Positions 1-12,640 of a stretch of DNA of 64,000 nt are shown piece by piece. Position numbers and translations under genes: made by a program. Origin of the DNA: Ruditapes philippinarum (lineage: Eukaryota); contig NW_026857783.1 of NCBI RefSeq assembly GCF_026571515.1, positions 114,878 through 178,877 on the forward strand, written 5' to 3'. Numbering within the stretch: the stretch's first letter is position 1; the number at the start of each line of letters is the position of its first letter. The notes beneath the pieces were generated by a model that had not been told where the DNA came from, made no database searches, and worked only from the letters and a program-made list of their open reading frames with translations.

Positions 1-295
1 TTTAGTTTTTGCCATAAATGTCTTAATGATGCGTATTTTCATCAAGATTCAGTACCTACATTCTCATTTTCTTTAATTTATACTTGATGATTTAAGAAGA
101 CGAGTTGGTTAAAAAGGATATCCGAAATACAATAATATATCCGACACTAATAACATATGCATATCATTTTAATTCTTTAAATTAAAATTTATCGATAGTA
201 ACAGTTCAATTATAAGAAGGCATTTTTAAGGTCAGTTTCAATTCTGATAAGCATGTTTTCTTTGTTGTTGATGTTCATATAAATCAAACATAAAT

Positions 296-700
296 TTCTA
301 AACGAACAATATTGTTATAAATCCGCCCCTGATATGTAATGATCTTTATTCATAAATGGCAATAGACTCTATTCTAAACGCACAATATTGTTATGAATCC
401 GCCCCTGATATGTAATAATCTATTTTCAAAACTGACAATAGACTCTATTCTAAACGAACAATATTGTTATAAATCCGCCCCTGATATGTAATGATCTTTA
501 TTCATAAATGGCAATAGACTCTATTCTAAACGAACAATATTGTTATGAATCCGCCCCTGATATGTAATAATCTATTTTCAAAACTGACACTTGACTCTAT
601 TCTAAACGAACAATATTGTTATAAATCCGCCCCTGATGTGTAATGATCTATATTCATAAATTGCACTAGACTCTATTCTAAATGAACAATATTGTGAAGA
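296..700. repeat. Tandem repeat with a 76-bp unit, about 5.3 copies; A and B variants alternate, giving a 152-bp higher-order repeat
   Basis: The motif ctaaacgaacaat recurs at 298, 374, 450, 526, 602 and 678, an exact 76-bp spacing. The two variants differ in the segment atgatctttattcataaatggca versus ataatctattttcaaaactgaca. Confidence 0.9.
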
Positions 701-1170
701 ATATTTATATTGACCGCAATTTTTTTTCAGATTAATGCACAGTCGCTAGTCATTAACGCTAGTCGGTCAAGTTTGTTTGATATTTTGTCCTTAACTTTTC
801 GCACCATATGGGTTACCTTATCTTTATTATATTTTCAAGGGAAAATTCAGCCGAAGTTAAGGAACTTTTACACTTAGGAATTTTATGAATAGAAACTAAT
901 GAAATGCTTAAAAACTTATGGAAATCTAAAAAATAAGAGAATGTTTTCCCAAAAGAGCTGATATACTGATTTCTTGCATCAAGCGTGGTGTTGTTTACAA
1001 GCTTATTTCCTATCAGATTTAAAGTACGTTATGATATAACTCATGCATTCAGATTATGGTGTATTATTCCGTCTATAAATATACCTTAAATATATAGTTT
1101 ACATGTTTTCGTAGAAACACTTGGTTCAACTGCTTGCTTTTTCCTTCTTCTTTTTTTTCCTTTTCCAGTA

Positions 1171-1178
1171 TATATAAA
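1171..1178 (+). promoter_or_regulatory. Candidate TATA box (tatataaa) about 255 bp upstream of the predicted ATG of ninjurin-like A
   Basis: tatataaatgcaagg lies in the 5' flank of the first coding exon. This is sequence motif only. Confidence 0.25.
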
Positions 1179-1432
1179 TGCAAGGTCATAATCACTGATA
1201 TATAATCGAACATTTGTAATATTTGTAAAGTGTATTGCATTAGAAAAAGAATAGGAAAGGTAAGCATTATTGAAAATGAATATGCATTTTAAAAGAATTT
1301 ACACTGTTCTTTAAATGCCAAGTATGACAAATATTAAAAAGAGAAGTATCGTATTTCGACGCTTGTTCATTTAATTATTTTTCTTTTGCTAACTTGAACG
1401 TGTAATATCATTTATTAATATTTTAAAATTAG

Positions 1433-1483
1433 ATGCCTATAGAAGCAGGAACAACAAGTAATCAGGAAAAAGAACTACGACAG
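1433..1483 (+). CDS. Ninjurin-like paralogue A, coding exon 1 (MPIEAGTTSNQEKELRQ); donor caggtaatg
   Basis: ATG at 1433. The exon ends in phase 0 immediately before gtaatg at 1484. It is in frame with downstream exons 2 and 3. Confidence 0.45.
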
Positions 1484-2373
1484 GTAATGTGCAATTCTTC
1501 TCAATTTTCTCGTAAATTTCAGAATGATTTTTTTTTCGGATTTCTAGAAATAAGTTAAAAAAATGATTAAAGTTTAAATATAAAAAGAGACAAGAATCAC
1601 AAAAAGAATCATAACTCTTTTAGCATTGCCTGTTGAACTATAGACACTATGATCATATGATCAAAAGTTAAAAATTAGTCTTCAGTTTTAACTTGAGAGC
1701 AATGTTTGACGTACAGTACTAGTTTGTTTGTTTCATTTTACACCTTTTCCCAACAGTATTTCAGTCATATAGGCGGGTAGTTTCCTAACCATCGTTCCCC
1801 GAGAGTTACACCAGTTATACTAGACTACCTTCCTCCGCAAATACAACAATACAAATTAAATTTCATCTTATTATAAGAAGTTAAAATGACGTTGGACAAA
1901 ACAATATGAAAGGGTTACAAATTATTATACTATCATATGAATATAAGGCACATACAATTATATCCATGTAATGTTGATAACATTCTGACCGTTGCCTTAT
2001 TTCATTACGTGCCAACATTCGTTGTCTAAATATATCCATTCTGCTGAGTAAGCTGCAATAAAAACACTTCAAACACAACACAAAAGTCTTGACAAACGCC
2101 AATGTTATGTCATCATTTCCATTTCATAACATTTACTTGTTTGTTCTTTTGTTCATTTCAAGTTTCGTTTCGTTCAAAGCCTTGATAATGGCCGTGTTGT
2201 CATAACGGTATTTCAGGTAAAATATCTGGAAAATTGTTATTCCGACCTATGCTTGAATATATTCTTAAAGTCGTTTCTTATAAAAAAAAATGTTGCTTGG
2301 AAAATAAATGAAAACCTACTGAATTAAATATCGTCAATCATGTGCTGATTGTTAATTTCAATTACTATTGCAG

Positions 2374-2445
2374 AAAGAAGTTATGGAATCACAGCACATT
2401 ATGACTGAAGCCAGTATTCCCAAATCAGAACACGATCAATTGAAG
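2374..2445 (+). CDS. Ninjurin-like paralogue A, exon 2 (KEVMESQHIMTEASIPKSEHDQLK)
   Basis: Acceptor ttactattgcag at 2362-2373. Donor aag|gtaagt at 2446. Phase 0 at both ends. Confidence 0.55.
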
Positions 2446-2696
2446 GTAAGTTTTCATCTGGCTAGATAGACAATGTAAGGCATTAAACATATTTGTAAAA
2501 GACAGAAGGAAAGTACGAATTATACCATAAATAATTCATTGTACAACTTTATTTGCATCTCTTTTGAATTTTGAAGGTTTTTTCTGGACATCCATAGTGT
2601 GCTTGTATATATTTTGTATCGTAATTGTTTCATTCGCGTTTGTTTTGCAACATCTATTGACGTAACGCAGATTAAAATGTGCACTCTTATTTTCAG

Positions 2697-3095
2697 AATG
2701 AAAGGATAGAGAAAGGACAGAACAGGTTCTTGCGTCACAGAAACTTCATTTTTCAACGGATTGACATCGCTTTAGTTCTTGCCAATTGCTATCAGATAAG
2801 AACCATTATCTCAGAACCAAACAAACATGAATATTACAAGATACCATTGGGGTTTGCGATAGCTTCAATATGTTTACAGATTTTGTTTACGATACTGATG
2901 GTCATATCTTGGCAAGCAGATAAAAAGTCAATAGACTCTCAAGGCAATATAAAAAAGGCTGAAAGTTTGATAGGCAAGGTCTCGCAATTCATTGCCATGC
3001 TTTTAGTTCTATTTATTGTCATTTCAAACATTGTTGTTGTAGAATTTGGGGCTATGACCAGCAATAGTAAAGGAAATGGAACTGACTTAAGTTGA
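2697..3095 (+). CDS. Ninjurin-like paralogue A, last exon (NERIEKGQNRFLRHRNFIFQRIDIALVLANCYQ...two TM helices...), TGA at 3093-3095
   Basis: Acceptor ttattttcag at 2687-2696. The translation carries the ninjurin signature: an amphipathic helix DIALVLAN, as in human NINJ1 ...MLDIALLMANASQLKAV..., then two hydrophobic helices with ...IVISNIVVVEFG, as in NINJ1 IIVVVNIFITAFGV. The intron position and phase match paralogue C. Confidence 0.8.
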   Translation, partial: NERIEKGQNRFLRHRNFIFQRIDIALVLANCYQIRTIISEPNKHEYYKIPLGFAIASICLQILFTILMVISWQADKKSIDSQGNIKKAESLIGKVSQFIAMLLVLFIVISNIVVVEFGAMTSNSKGNGTDLS

Positions 3096-3156
3096 GATCT
3101 TACTTTTTGCATAAAAGATTATCGTTAATATTGTGGAGTTGTTTTTAATCAGAATG

Positions 3157-3162
3157 TAATAA
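3157..3162 (+). promoter_or_regulatory. AATAAA polyadenylation signal for ninjurin-like A
   Basis: aataaa lies 62 nt after the TGA stop. Confidence 0.4.
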
Positions 3163-4744
3163 AAATGTACTGAAAAAAGGAAAAAAAGGAAAAATAAATC
3201 ATGAACTTGACCAAATAATTTTTTTTAAGATTTTTATTATAATTTTCTGAGAAATAGTGGTTGAAATAGTGTTAAAGATGTTTCTACGGACGGAGTACAA
3301 ACTATGTTGGGTTATTTTTACATTTAAAAATCGTGTTAATGTATAAATACACAGAATATATTGTGTAATGGTCACCATATTATATTTCATGTAGCGCACA
3401 AGAGGCATAATATGAAAGTATGGTCATTTCATATTTTAGACAGAAACTCGGCAAAAATGTTGTCATATAATGTTTTTGTAATAACATTATGTATTTTTAG
3501 ATGTGTAAGTGTGGACATGCGATGAATTTTATGTGACTCTTTGCCTATTTAGTATACCCTAAATCATTGTTCATATATTGTATACTTGTATATGATAGCA
3601 TTTTTGCTCTGCTTTGTATTATGAAATAATACTGCAAATTTTATTATGAATATTCAAATGCTTATTACTTGCAACACTCAGCAGGCTCATTACGTTGAAT
3701 CATCAGTTCTCGACCTTTACAATATTTGTCCCCTTTGCCAAAAGTGGCAGCCAATTTGGGGGTCAATATTTGATAAAATATAATTGAAAAAAAATAATGA
3801 AGAAAAAAAGAGAAACAGGTGAACTGTGAAATTCTTTTAAACGCATGAAGGCAAATATTAATATTATTATAGTACCAGTATGTAAAAGATTTTTATCAGT
3901 TTACATTGTCCGTAACATTTTAGCTTAGGCATATAACATATGAGGAATGTCCCTCAAAATGGCGACCAGAGGAGATAATGATTGCTATGTGGAAAGCATC
4001 TATAATAATGATTGATGGTAAATTTATAAATTAACTCAAAGCAGTTTGTTCCATACCAATTTATATTATTTTAAAGATCATATATCCTGGTTGCATATTG
4101 CACATAATTATATAAACTGTATTCATACAAACGAATATAATTCAAATGTCACATAACTGTTTTTCTAAAATAAAAGATAAAATTATTTTTGTTTTTGGTT
4201 CTTTTTATTTGACCGTTTGGATTTGTTCGCAATTCATTAAAACAATTTTAAAAATAAAATAAAAAACATTTTTTTTTAATTTGTAAGCACAGGTATACCA
4301 TTTTGTTAAAATTGTAATCTATAATCTAAATGCATATGTATTAAGCAGTACTGTCAAACGAACCTTCGAATTAATTCGGAAACTATGGAATCAATATACC
4401 GGTAAATGCCTGTCTAGGCTGAAAATATAGAAAAACTTCATCTTATGCCTATATTGTTCCAGCTTCAAAATCTGGAGAAAATATGTATTTCATCAAGAAT
4501 AATCTGAAACTTTTGTAAACGATATCGTTTCCTCGTGTTCAACTATATTTACGCCGCCCTATCCAACCTTCCTGTGCGGTGTCCCACTGGGTAAGGCCAA
4601 TAAACGCTAACAGGCGGTTGCGCTCCATGAACAGTACGTGCTGTTCCCTTTGTTGACCTCTGCTCTTATGTTTAAATAATATTTTTTTCCATATACATGT
4701 AGACAGTTTACCTCACCATGAAAATTGTGTTTCACACGAAAGTC

Positions 4745-5160
4745 CATTCTATGGTGGCTGATTTGGTACACTTTGCGCGTTGCGTTGTCAATAGCAACAA
4801 CGCAACCTATATCGTTATCGCCTTTTTTTGTCTTGTCGCTAGCGAAACGCGCATTACGGCGCGTTGTCGCACTGTCGTCCTGTCTCCTGTCGTAAGCGAA
4901 GCACGCAAACGGCACGTTGTCGTGCGGTGCGTTGTCGCAATGTCGCCCTGTTGCTTGGCTTATATATACACAAATAGCCAAGCCTAGCGCCACTTTGAAA
5001 TCGCGACAACACGCCGCACGACAAAGCGCCGTTTTGCGTGCTTCGTTACCAACAGGGCTACAAGACGACAGTGCAACAACGTGCCGTTTGGTGCTTTGTT
5101 GTGCTGTCGCTAGCGACAACATAAGGCACAAAAGTGTTCCAAATCAGCCACCATACCTTT
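4745..5160. repeat. Foldback or long inverted-repeat element, GC-rich, with arms of about 200 bp around a centre near 4960-4985
   Basis: The reverse complement of 4990-5160 aligns to 4745-4950. Examples: ccattctatggtggctgatttgg versus ccaaatcagccaccatacc; gtcgctagcgaaacgcgc...ggcacgttgtcgtgcggtgcgttgtcgc versus gcgacaacacgccgcacgacaaagcgcc...gtcgctagcgacaac. The overlapping ORFs in three frames (174, 89 and 85 aa) are artefacts of the palindrome. Confidence 0.8.
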
Positions 5161-7828
5161 CACTTCTGAGATGACCTTAGTTACCACAGATAAATTTATT
5201 TCAATGCAAAGATCCATGCATGACCTTAATATTTTCAATTTGAATTATCAAATTAGTGAATTATATTTAGAATTTCACTACAAAATATTTCTTAAATGTT
5301 TGTGGTCAAACCTATTGTTTTTCAAATAAAAAGGTCAATTTTATTTTGTTTTCCTTTATTAACAGATAATTAAACTGACGGTCATCAAAGTATATATCTA
5401 AAGTTTATAGTCAAGATCTAAACCCCGTGTTTACCAAGAAAAAAATCTTGATCCAATGATTATAATTTTATTGCATTATTGAGATAAACTTGACCGTATT
5501 AGACTAAAAAAAGGAAACAAAAAAAAAGCCGACTTGCAAAGAAACGACCGTTTTTGTGGGATAAAATTAAGGAAAAACAATACAAATACAGCATTAGATA
5601 GATCAAAATAAGGAAAAACGTCAGGATCAAGTTCTATATTAGTATCAACTGTTAATGTGACATTAAGCCAATCTAAGTGTAAATGGTGGGTGTACAGATC
5701 AGTCAAAATAACTTATAATTTTGCCATGCCTTAAATTCTATTCCATAAACCACGTGATTTACAGATATTTCTATAAATATCATGTGCAATGTATCGTTAA
5801 CGTTCACTTGATCAAAAGAGTAGGACAGTTTTTTATATTTTTAACAATTGTTATAATTTATCCTAAACAATTCTATATATTGGTCAATGACCTTTATAAT
5901 AGTCAATATTTTTTAAATATATGTGTTGCCCATTCAGTTCAACTCGACAAAGAAAAATGAACATACTGTCACTTGAAATGTACATATTTTGTAAGGTAAT
6001 AATTCAAATTTTATTCTAAAATTTCAAAAACATATCATTTTAAGTCCACTTTTGTATCTAGCTTATAATTACTGATAAATATAATAATGCGGAAAAATAA
6101 TGGAGAACATTTGAGTTTTTCATTCGATAAAAAAGTTGTAGTCCTAAAACATTTCATAATTAACTAAACATTACAAGAAATAAAAAAAATACCTGGCGAC
6201 GGTGAAAAGGTTTTATAACTGTTTTTTTCTGTGGATTTTGCAAAACTGAAAAGATTTTTAACGTCAGGTATATTCTGCTCAACAACTTTATTTCAAACCG
6301 CAACAAAATTGTTTCTTTGAAAAAAAAAGAGTAAAAAATTTAGTTCGAAGAAATAAATCATTCTAAATATACCGAATCACCAGAATAACGCCATTTGCTA
6401 TTTCAACGAAAATAACATTTATTAATGGATTGTATGCAATGTAAAACTGATTAATTATCAGATAGTAAATTGTTGCTTTGCTGCACATTAGACCTTGAAC
6501 ATGTTCAAATGAAGTATTTTCAAGCAGACGATTTAATCATGATTAAGAACAAATTTGCATTTTCTAGTGCAATTTTTCTATTTTAAGGAAAGTGATTAAG
6601 TATCGAATTAATATCCTGTTTCACAGTCCGTATATGGTCATAAAACAAAAATAAATGATTTACCGTATTAGATGAAATTTCCTTGAAAGGTTTATCAATC
6701 AATCAATCAATCAATATTTTTATTTCTCTTAAGACATGCAATAGACATACATGACAACATGAGGTAACTATAAAAATAGGAATAAATCGAGGCACTTATC
6801 AAATCATATATCCACATGAAAGCAAATTCGGAACAATAATTAATAATGTCTGGTAAATTTTAATAATGTCATTATCAAGAACAATAAAAATTAATCTTGC
6901 ATAAGAAGGAGGAAAAAGAAAATGAAAAATAATATATATATATAGGGGCCAATGATAAATTACCTTTAAGTTAAATGTAGGCCATGGTTAACTGAGCGAC
7001 AAATATCAAATCACACATCGATTGAACTCCATATGCACGATATGAGTACATTTCATACCGAACAGAACAGAACTTTTATTTCTTTGATTTGCAAATAGTA
7101 CATCATCATATCGACATATATAATTTCAGAGTAACAAATACATTTCAGTGCGAGCAATCAATGCAATAATATTAAAGAATATTACACAGGAGGATGTTTG
7201 TCATATTTGTTTCGTAGCTTAATGTTTTACCACTGATTACAGTTTTGCTAACATCTTTAAACACACATAAAACAATTTCAGTGTTGTGAAAACAACTTCT
7301 AATTTACCAATGACTCGTGTAAAGTATTGAAGTGTTTAATTTAATTTTATATACAGCACTAAGTGTCTCTCTTAAACTTTACTATATTATATATTTTTAA
7401 TCTAGGCAAAACCATTCATCATTTTTGGGGAAATTTCTAAAAATTTAATAACTAAATAGCAAACAGTGCAGACCATGATAAGACGATTCGTATGTGTTGG
7501 GTGGTCTTGGTCTATATGGGTTGCATGGGTAAAATCCGTCACGATATCAACAAAGTAAGAGTTAAGAACAAAATACGCTGTGGGTAATCAAAATTCATTT
7601 ATACAAACTAACATTTAGAAACTCGTGTTCAATGCACACATAAGATAAAACATCCGGATGTACGTGTCACGTATGAATAAACAATATGTTCATTATATTT
7701 GCCTACATTAAATTCATTTGTTTCTCAATATGGTTAATAACAATAGTACAGTCTCATTACGACATGAATTAATGTAAATGATCGACAATGAGAACGTTTT
7801 CAATAAGTATTTCAAATTTTGACAATAT

Positions 7829-8063
7829 GAGCCGCGTCATGACAAAACCAACATAATGGGTTTTCGACCAGCATGGATCCAGACCAGCCTGCGCATCCGC
7901 GCAGTCTGATCAGGATCCATGCTGTTCGCTATCAGTTTCTCTACTTGTTATAGGGTTTGTAAGCGAACAGCATGGATCCTGATCAGACTGCGCGTATGCG
8001 CAGGCTGGTCTGGATACATGCTGGTCGCAAACGCATTATGTTGGTTTTGTCATGACGCGGCTC
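7829..8063. mobile_element. Palindromic MITE of about 230 bp, copy 1 of a 4-copy family
   Basis: Terminal inverted repeats gagccgcgtcatgacaaaaccaacataatgggtt...gaccagcatggatccagaccagcctgcgcatccgcgcagtctgatcaggatccatgctgttcgc. The reverse complement of this repeat occupies the other half of the element. Confidence 0.85.
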
Positions 8064-8361
8064 AAATGTATTTCAAAGATTGATAAAATCAACAGAATTG
8101 TATCATTTAAATATTCCAAAAAAACATTTCTTGAGATTAAATTAAATGTTCTTAAAACTTCAAAGCGATTTGATACGAGTTATCATATGATGAATAATAA
8201 TATTTTCTTATAAAATAATTTAATACATGTTATATAAAGGTATGTCATACCTGATCTTGTACCTCACTTAACAAAAACATGTATTATATATAATTATTTC
8301 ATGGTATATTGATACGTATGATACAAAATACTATCAACGTCCTTATTTATGACATAATATG

Positions 8362-8585
8362 GGCCGTGTCATGACAAAACCAACATAATGGGTTTGCGAC
8401 CAACATGGATCAAGACCAGCCTGCGCATCCGTGCAGTCTGATCAGGATTTTTTCAAACCCTATAACAAGTAGAGAAAGTGATAGCGAACAGCATGGATCC
8501 TGATCAGACTGCGCGTAAGCGCTGGCTGGTCTGGATCCATGCTGGTCACAAACCCAATTATGTTGGTTTTGTCGTGACGCGGCTC
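8362..8585. mobile_element. Palindromic MITE, copy 2
   Basis: Same family as 7829-8063, about 90% identical. It lies 300 bp from copy 1. Confidence 0.85.
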
Positions 8586-8647
8586 AATTATATTCTATTA
8601 TAGACACATTCAAAAATTTGACATAGACTTTATACAAAATAAATTTT

Positions 8648-8800
8648 TTATTACCTCCCTGTATCTACATGAAATTTTAAATTCGGTAATACCTTTATAA
8701 ATAATGCTTTTTGGAACTTACAAAATTGATAAATCTTAATTTGAGCATCATATTTATGAAATAAAACCATAAAAAATTTGGGTTACAGGATCTTCAAAAT
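8648..8800. repeat. Dispersed repeat of about 155 bp; second copy at 36446-36605
   Basis: ttacctccct..catttacatgaaat(g)tt(g/a)aattcggtaata(c/t)ctttataaataatgct...cttaatttgagcatcatatttatgaaataaaaccat(a/g)aaaaaa is shared by both loci. Confidence 0.7.
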
Positions 8801-9328
8801 TGTTTAAAAAAATGTTTTTGCTATAAGTACAATTGATTACGTATTTTGAATGATGCAAAAATACTACTCTGTTTATATTTTTTTACTTTTGTGACAAATA
8901 ATGTCATATTCAGCGATATTTTTTTTACGTGATAAGCATCGTGAATATGCTCTAAAAATCATAATTTCAAACATGTTATAAATCTCATATATACCTTTTC
9001 TGAAGAAGGAAATATTTCCTTGTTAGGCATAATGTGCCTTTAATCCAACTTGAAAAATTTGAAAGAAAATAAAAGTAGGATTAACAAAGAGATTTTGTTT
9101 GACTGCTTTGAAAACATTATACATACTAATACACATGTACAACAACAACAACAACAAGATTTGTATTTAATGGGTTTTGAGAAATTACTTAACAATAAAA
9201 TGTTGCGCTTACGATCCATTGTTATAATATGAAACACAACATTTCAACCATACGGATTTATGATATTCCACCAGCCTTGTTCCATGAAGCGCTGAGAAAC
9301 CTTAGAGTTCAGAAGCCTACAAAAAAAA

Positions 9329-9757
9329 CTATTCTGGTGAGCTTATTTCATTGTGATAATGACTTTCTATACCGAATCCTGCTATGAAAACATTTGAAAC
9401 AATAACAAACAAAACAAGAACGCTTCCAGTCCTATCCAGCCATGTTGCAATTCTTTCCTTTCGTTTCATTTGTGGATCGTCTTCACTGGGTTTCGTCTCT
9501 ATTTGTTTCGTCTCTATTTGTTTCTCTAATGTTTTTTCAACTGACCATATGATGAGCATACAGATTGTGAAGATTACTTGCAGAGTAATGGACATACAAA
9601 TGAATGTTAATATCAGGTAATAGTGCGGATTGTTGTCAGAGGCAATGAGGGCTTTTAGTTGAGACACGTTCGCCATCATCAGAGCCACGTCCATCAGTTG
9701 ATGTATGAAGTTGCGTTTACCGATATATGCATTAGGTGTTGTCACAGGTTCAATGCT
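9329..9757 (-). CDS. Ninjurin-like paralogue B, last exon (SIEPVTTPNAYIGKRNFIHQLMDVALMMANVSQLKALI...two TM helices...)
   Basis: Acceptor cttcag on the minus strand (plus 9758-9763). The core NFIHQLMDVALMMANVSQLK and the second TM helix VLVLFVIVSNVFIAGFG are shared with paralogue C and resemble NINJ1. Stop codon at 9329-9331. Confidence 0.8.
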   Translation of the reverse strand, partial: SIEPVTTPNAYIGKRNFIHQLMDVALMMANVSQLKALIASDNNPHYYLILTFICMSITLQVIFTICMLIIWSVEKTLEKQIETKQIETKPSEDDPQMKRKERIATWLDRTGSVLVLFVIVSNVFIAGFGIESHYHNEISSPE

Positions 9758-9790
9758 CTGAAGAGTAATTTAAAAGTTGATTTATTTAAG

Positions 9791-10000
9791 CAATCAAAAC
9801 TAAGTGTTTTAAGTGTATCTGTTAGAGCAATTAAAACTAAGCGTTATAAGTGTATCTGTTAGGCCAATCAAAACTAAGCGTTATAAGTGTAACTGTTAAC
9901 CAATCAAAACTAAGTGTTACAAGTACTGTAAGAGCAATCAAAACTATGTGTTATAGGTAACTGTTAGAGCAATAAAAAGTAAACGTTATAAGTAACTTTT
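9791..10000. repeat. Tandem repeat with a unit of about 37 bp and about 6 copies, in the intron of ninjurin-like B
   Basis: Units caatcaaaactaagtgtt(a/t)taagtgtatctgttagagc follow one another. Confidence 0.8.
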
Positions 10001-10447
10001 AAGTAAAAAGATAATAATATGTCTTTAATAAGATTTACTTTCCTCTGCTTAGATTCATTGTACCCAGGAGGTGTTATATTTTCACGAAACATTTTGAATA
10101 AATGAATGTGTAAGACGTTAAACAAATCGATTCAATTCTTTATTGTAACATTTGTAAGTATAGTATTCATGTAAAATTTAAATATTGAGAACAATATTGA
10201 TTATATTGGATTCGTACGCACCTACAATACCTTTATCAGACTCGGCTAGCTCCCCGTCCAATATAGTATTGACAGCTGTATACCTGTCCAATAGAATTCA
10301 GTATTGTACTCTTATATTTTCACATGACATGGAAATACAATTTGTATAATTTCTCTAACTGTACGATGGTGTTCGGCCTTTAAATAAGGATATGCCAGTA
10401 AAACATTTTCACTAAACCTGTATGATAAACAAATAATTGTATAATAC

Positions 10448-10636
10448 CTGCCCTATATCAACCTCTTCTGTCCCTTTATGAATCCCTTCAATATGAGTGT
10501 CAGCTATTTCTTTGTCCAAGTCTGACTCTTCAGAATCAGAATCAGGCAAAGTATTTGTATCATCCATGTTGCTATGTCCTTTACTCATGCCCGTCATTTC
10601 TATTTCAATAGCTTTAAAATCATCACTCGATGCCAT
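10448..10636 (-). CDS. Ninjurin-like paralogue B, first coding exon (MASSDDFKAIEIEMTGMSKGHSNMDDTNTLPDSDSEESDLDKEIADTHIEGIHKGTEEVDIGQ), acidic N-terminus
   Basis: ATG at minus-strand position 10636. Donor CAG|gtatta. Phase 0, joining the acceptor at 9757. This parallels the acidic exon 1 of paralogue C, which ends ..DEADIGFK. Confidence 0.6.
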
Positions 10637-11729
10637 TTCTTAAATTATACAGAAGTGGTCATAAACAAACATGCTTTATATAACTGTAATAAAGAACAAT
10701 AGGTGGGAATTTTACTATGAATAAAAATTAATAAATTGTCGAATCATGGGATATGAGTCTTTGTTTTAGTGCACCGGATTTCCCGACAATAACTTACAAT
10801 GGCAATTCATAAAAATGCTGTATTCACGTGTCGCAAAACACTAAATTTGTCATTTTAAAACTTAATGTCACTTAATCACTGGATAATTGGATAGTTTTTA
10901 TAATTATTTCGTGCACTTTTATAAACTTTTCTCGAAAATTGAATGACTTCATCTTTGCAGTACATCATACAGAATAACAAATAACATTTATTAGAGGCAT
11001 ATTATACCTCAGAAATCCATATTCTTTTCTTTAGAAATGTTACCTATGTGTTTAAAAATGTTTTATTAATATATTTAGAGCTAGTTTGATATTTAACAAC
11101 CGAAGAAAGTAGCGCAAAATGTGCAGTAATGTGTCATAAAGGTAGCAAAATGAAAACAAAGTAGTATTTTGACTTCAGTACAAAACACTAATTCACTATA
11201 CTTTTACCAATTGCCACAGAGCAAACGAAGAAAAGGGTAGTTCACTTTTATGACAAATGTGTATTTTTTAGAAACTGTAACAAGATATCGAAAATTAAAA
11301 GTTTAAAAAAAAATGATAGCATTTCTGAGGCATAATAGGCATTTAAATGGTATATAAGGTGTGTATACGTATGGTATATTTAATAAAACAGTCTGCGGAT
11401 TTTCAACTAATTGTTTTTTATTCACGGCATATTCAATTTTTTATACATTTATACTCATAAGAACAGATTTTAAGTTAAGGTGCAAGTTAAAGTTTCATCA
11501 TAAGAATCACTCATGGTATCATTTACATTATTAGATAGTGGATCCAGACCATTTTTAAGCGGCAGCTGATAAAAAATGCACTACACTTTATCTCTGTGTT
11601 GTTATAATTTTGAGAGACCTTCCGAATCAGTGATTGCAATACTTTTAGTAAGAGGATTACAACATAATACGTCGGTGCTAGGGGGGGGGGGAGCGAGGGC
11701 AGTAGCATTTTCCCTTATTTTACACTGAA

Positions 11730-11880
11730 TCAAATTTCTAACTGGTCACCTACGACTTTTTTCTCAGAAATAGGTCGCACAAATAAAATAAGGTAATTGA
11801 TTAACTAAGTCAATTCATTTAACAGATTGTTTTAAAAGATTTATAATTTTATTACAGGAACGTATTATTTGAAAGACACA
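11730..11880. repeat. Segmental duplicate of about 150 bp; second copy at 12895-13050
   Basis: tcaaatttctaa(c/t)tg...actttttt..aataa...tgat(t/c)aactaagtcaattcattt..cag...ttaaaagatttataa(t/c)tt(t/g)attacaggaacgt(a/g)t.atttga occurs at both sites. The two copies bracket the 40-bp tandem array. Confidence 0.7.
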
Positions 11881-12317
11881 TTAAAACTGAGTCTGTGATT
11901 TACAACATTTGTCATTGCTTACAACTCTCGAAGGATCTCCCCCTTTGCCATTATTTTAGTATACCACGAACATATGTCATTCTGCATACATGTACAGATT
12001 TTGTAATTGATATTTCTATAATTCACTTACGGTGACAACTTATATCTCTTTACATGATTATCTTTACCCCCTATATGTCGTTGTTTTTCTGAATCATTAT
12101 AAAGAAATAAGAATATATAAATCATTAGTCTTCTTACAAAATTAAAACGTAAACAAATGGTTGACAAAGAGTTAATAATGGTAATACCAAGTTAAAACAG
12201 TATTGTTCACATACGCCCCATCCGCTGGATCATGTGACAATAAATGCACTCTTAATTGTAAATCATACAAATGCAGCGTAAAGTAGCTGTGAGTGAGTGG
12301 TAAAAAGATATGAAGTA

Positions 12318-12640
12318 TGAATTTGATAGTTCATTGAAAGTTAACGCCCACGTAATATAATTTACATAGTCATTGAAAGTTACCGCCCACGTAATATAAT
12401 TTACATTGTCATTGAAAGTTACCGTCACGTAATACTATTTACATATTCATTGAAAGTTACCGCCCACGTAATACTATTTACATATTCATTGAGAGTTAAC
12501 GCCCACGTACAATACTATTTACATACTTATTGAAAGTCAACGCCCACATTATATAATTTACATATTCATTGAAGGTTTACGCCTGCGTAATGCTGCTGTT
12601 CGTTTACATATTCATTGAAAGTTTAGGCCCGCGTAATGTC
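12318..12640. repeat. Tandem repeat with a 40-bp unit and about 8 copies
   Basis: The unit tcattgaaagttaacgcccacgtaatataatttacatagt recurs. Confidence 0.9.

Noticed and set aside
4607-5174. Overlapping 174-aa, 89-aa and 85-aa ORFs in a GC-rich patch
   Set aside because: They overlap each other in different frames and coincide exactly with a 415-bp inverted repeat. The ORF lengths follow from GC richness, not from coding.
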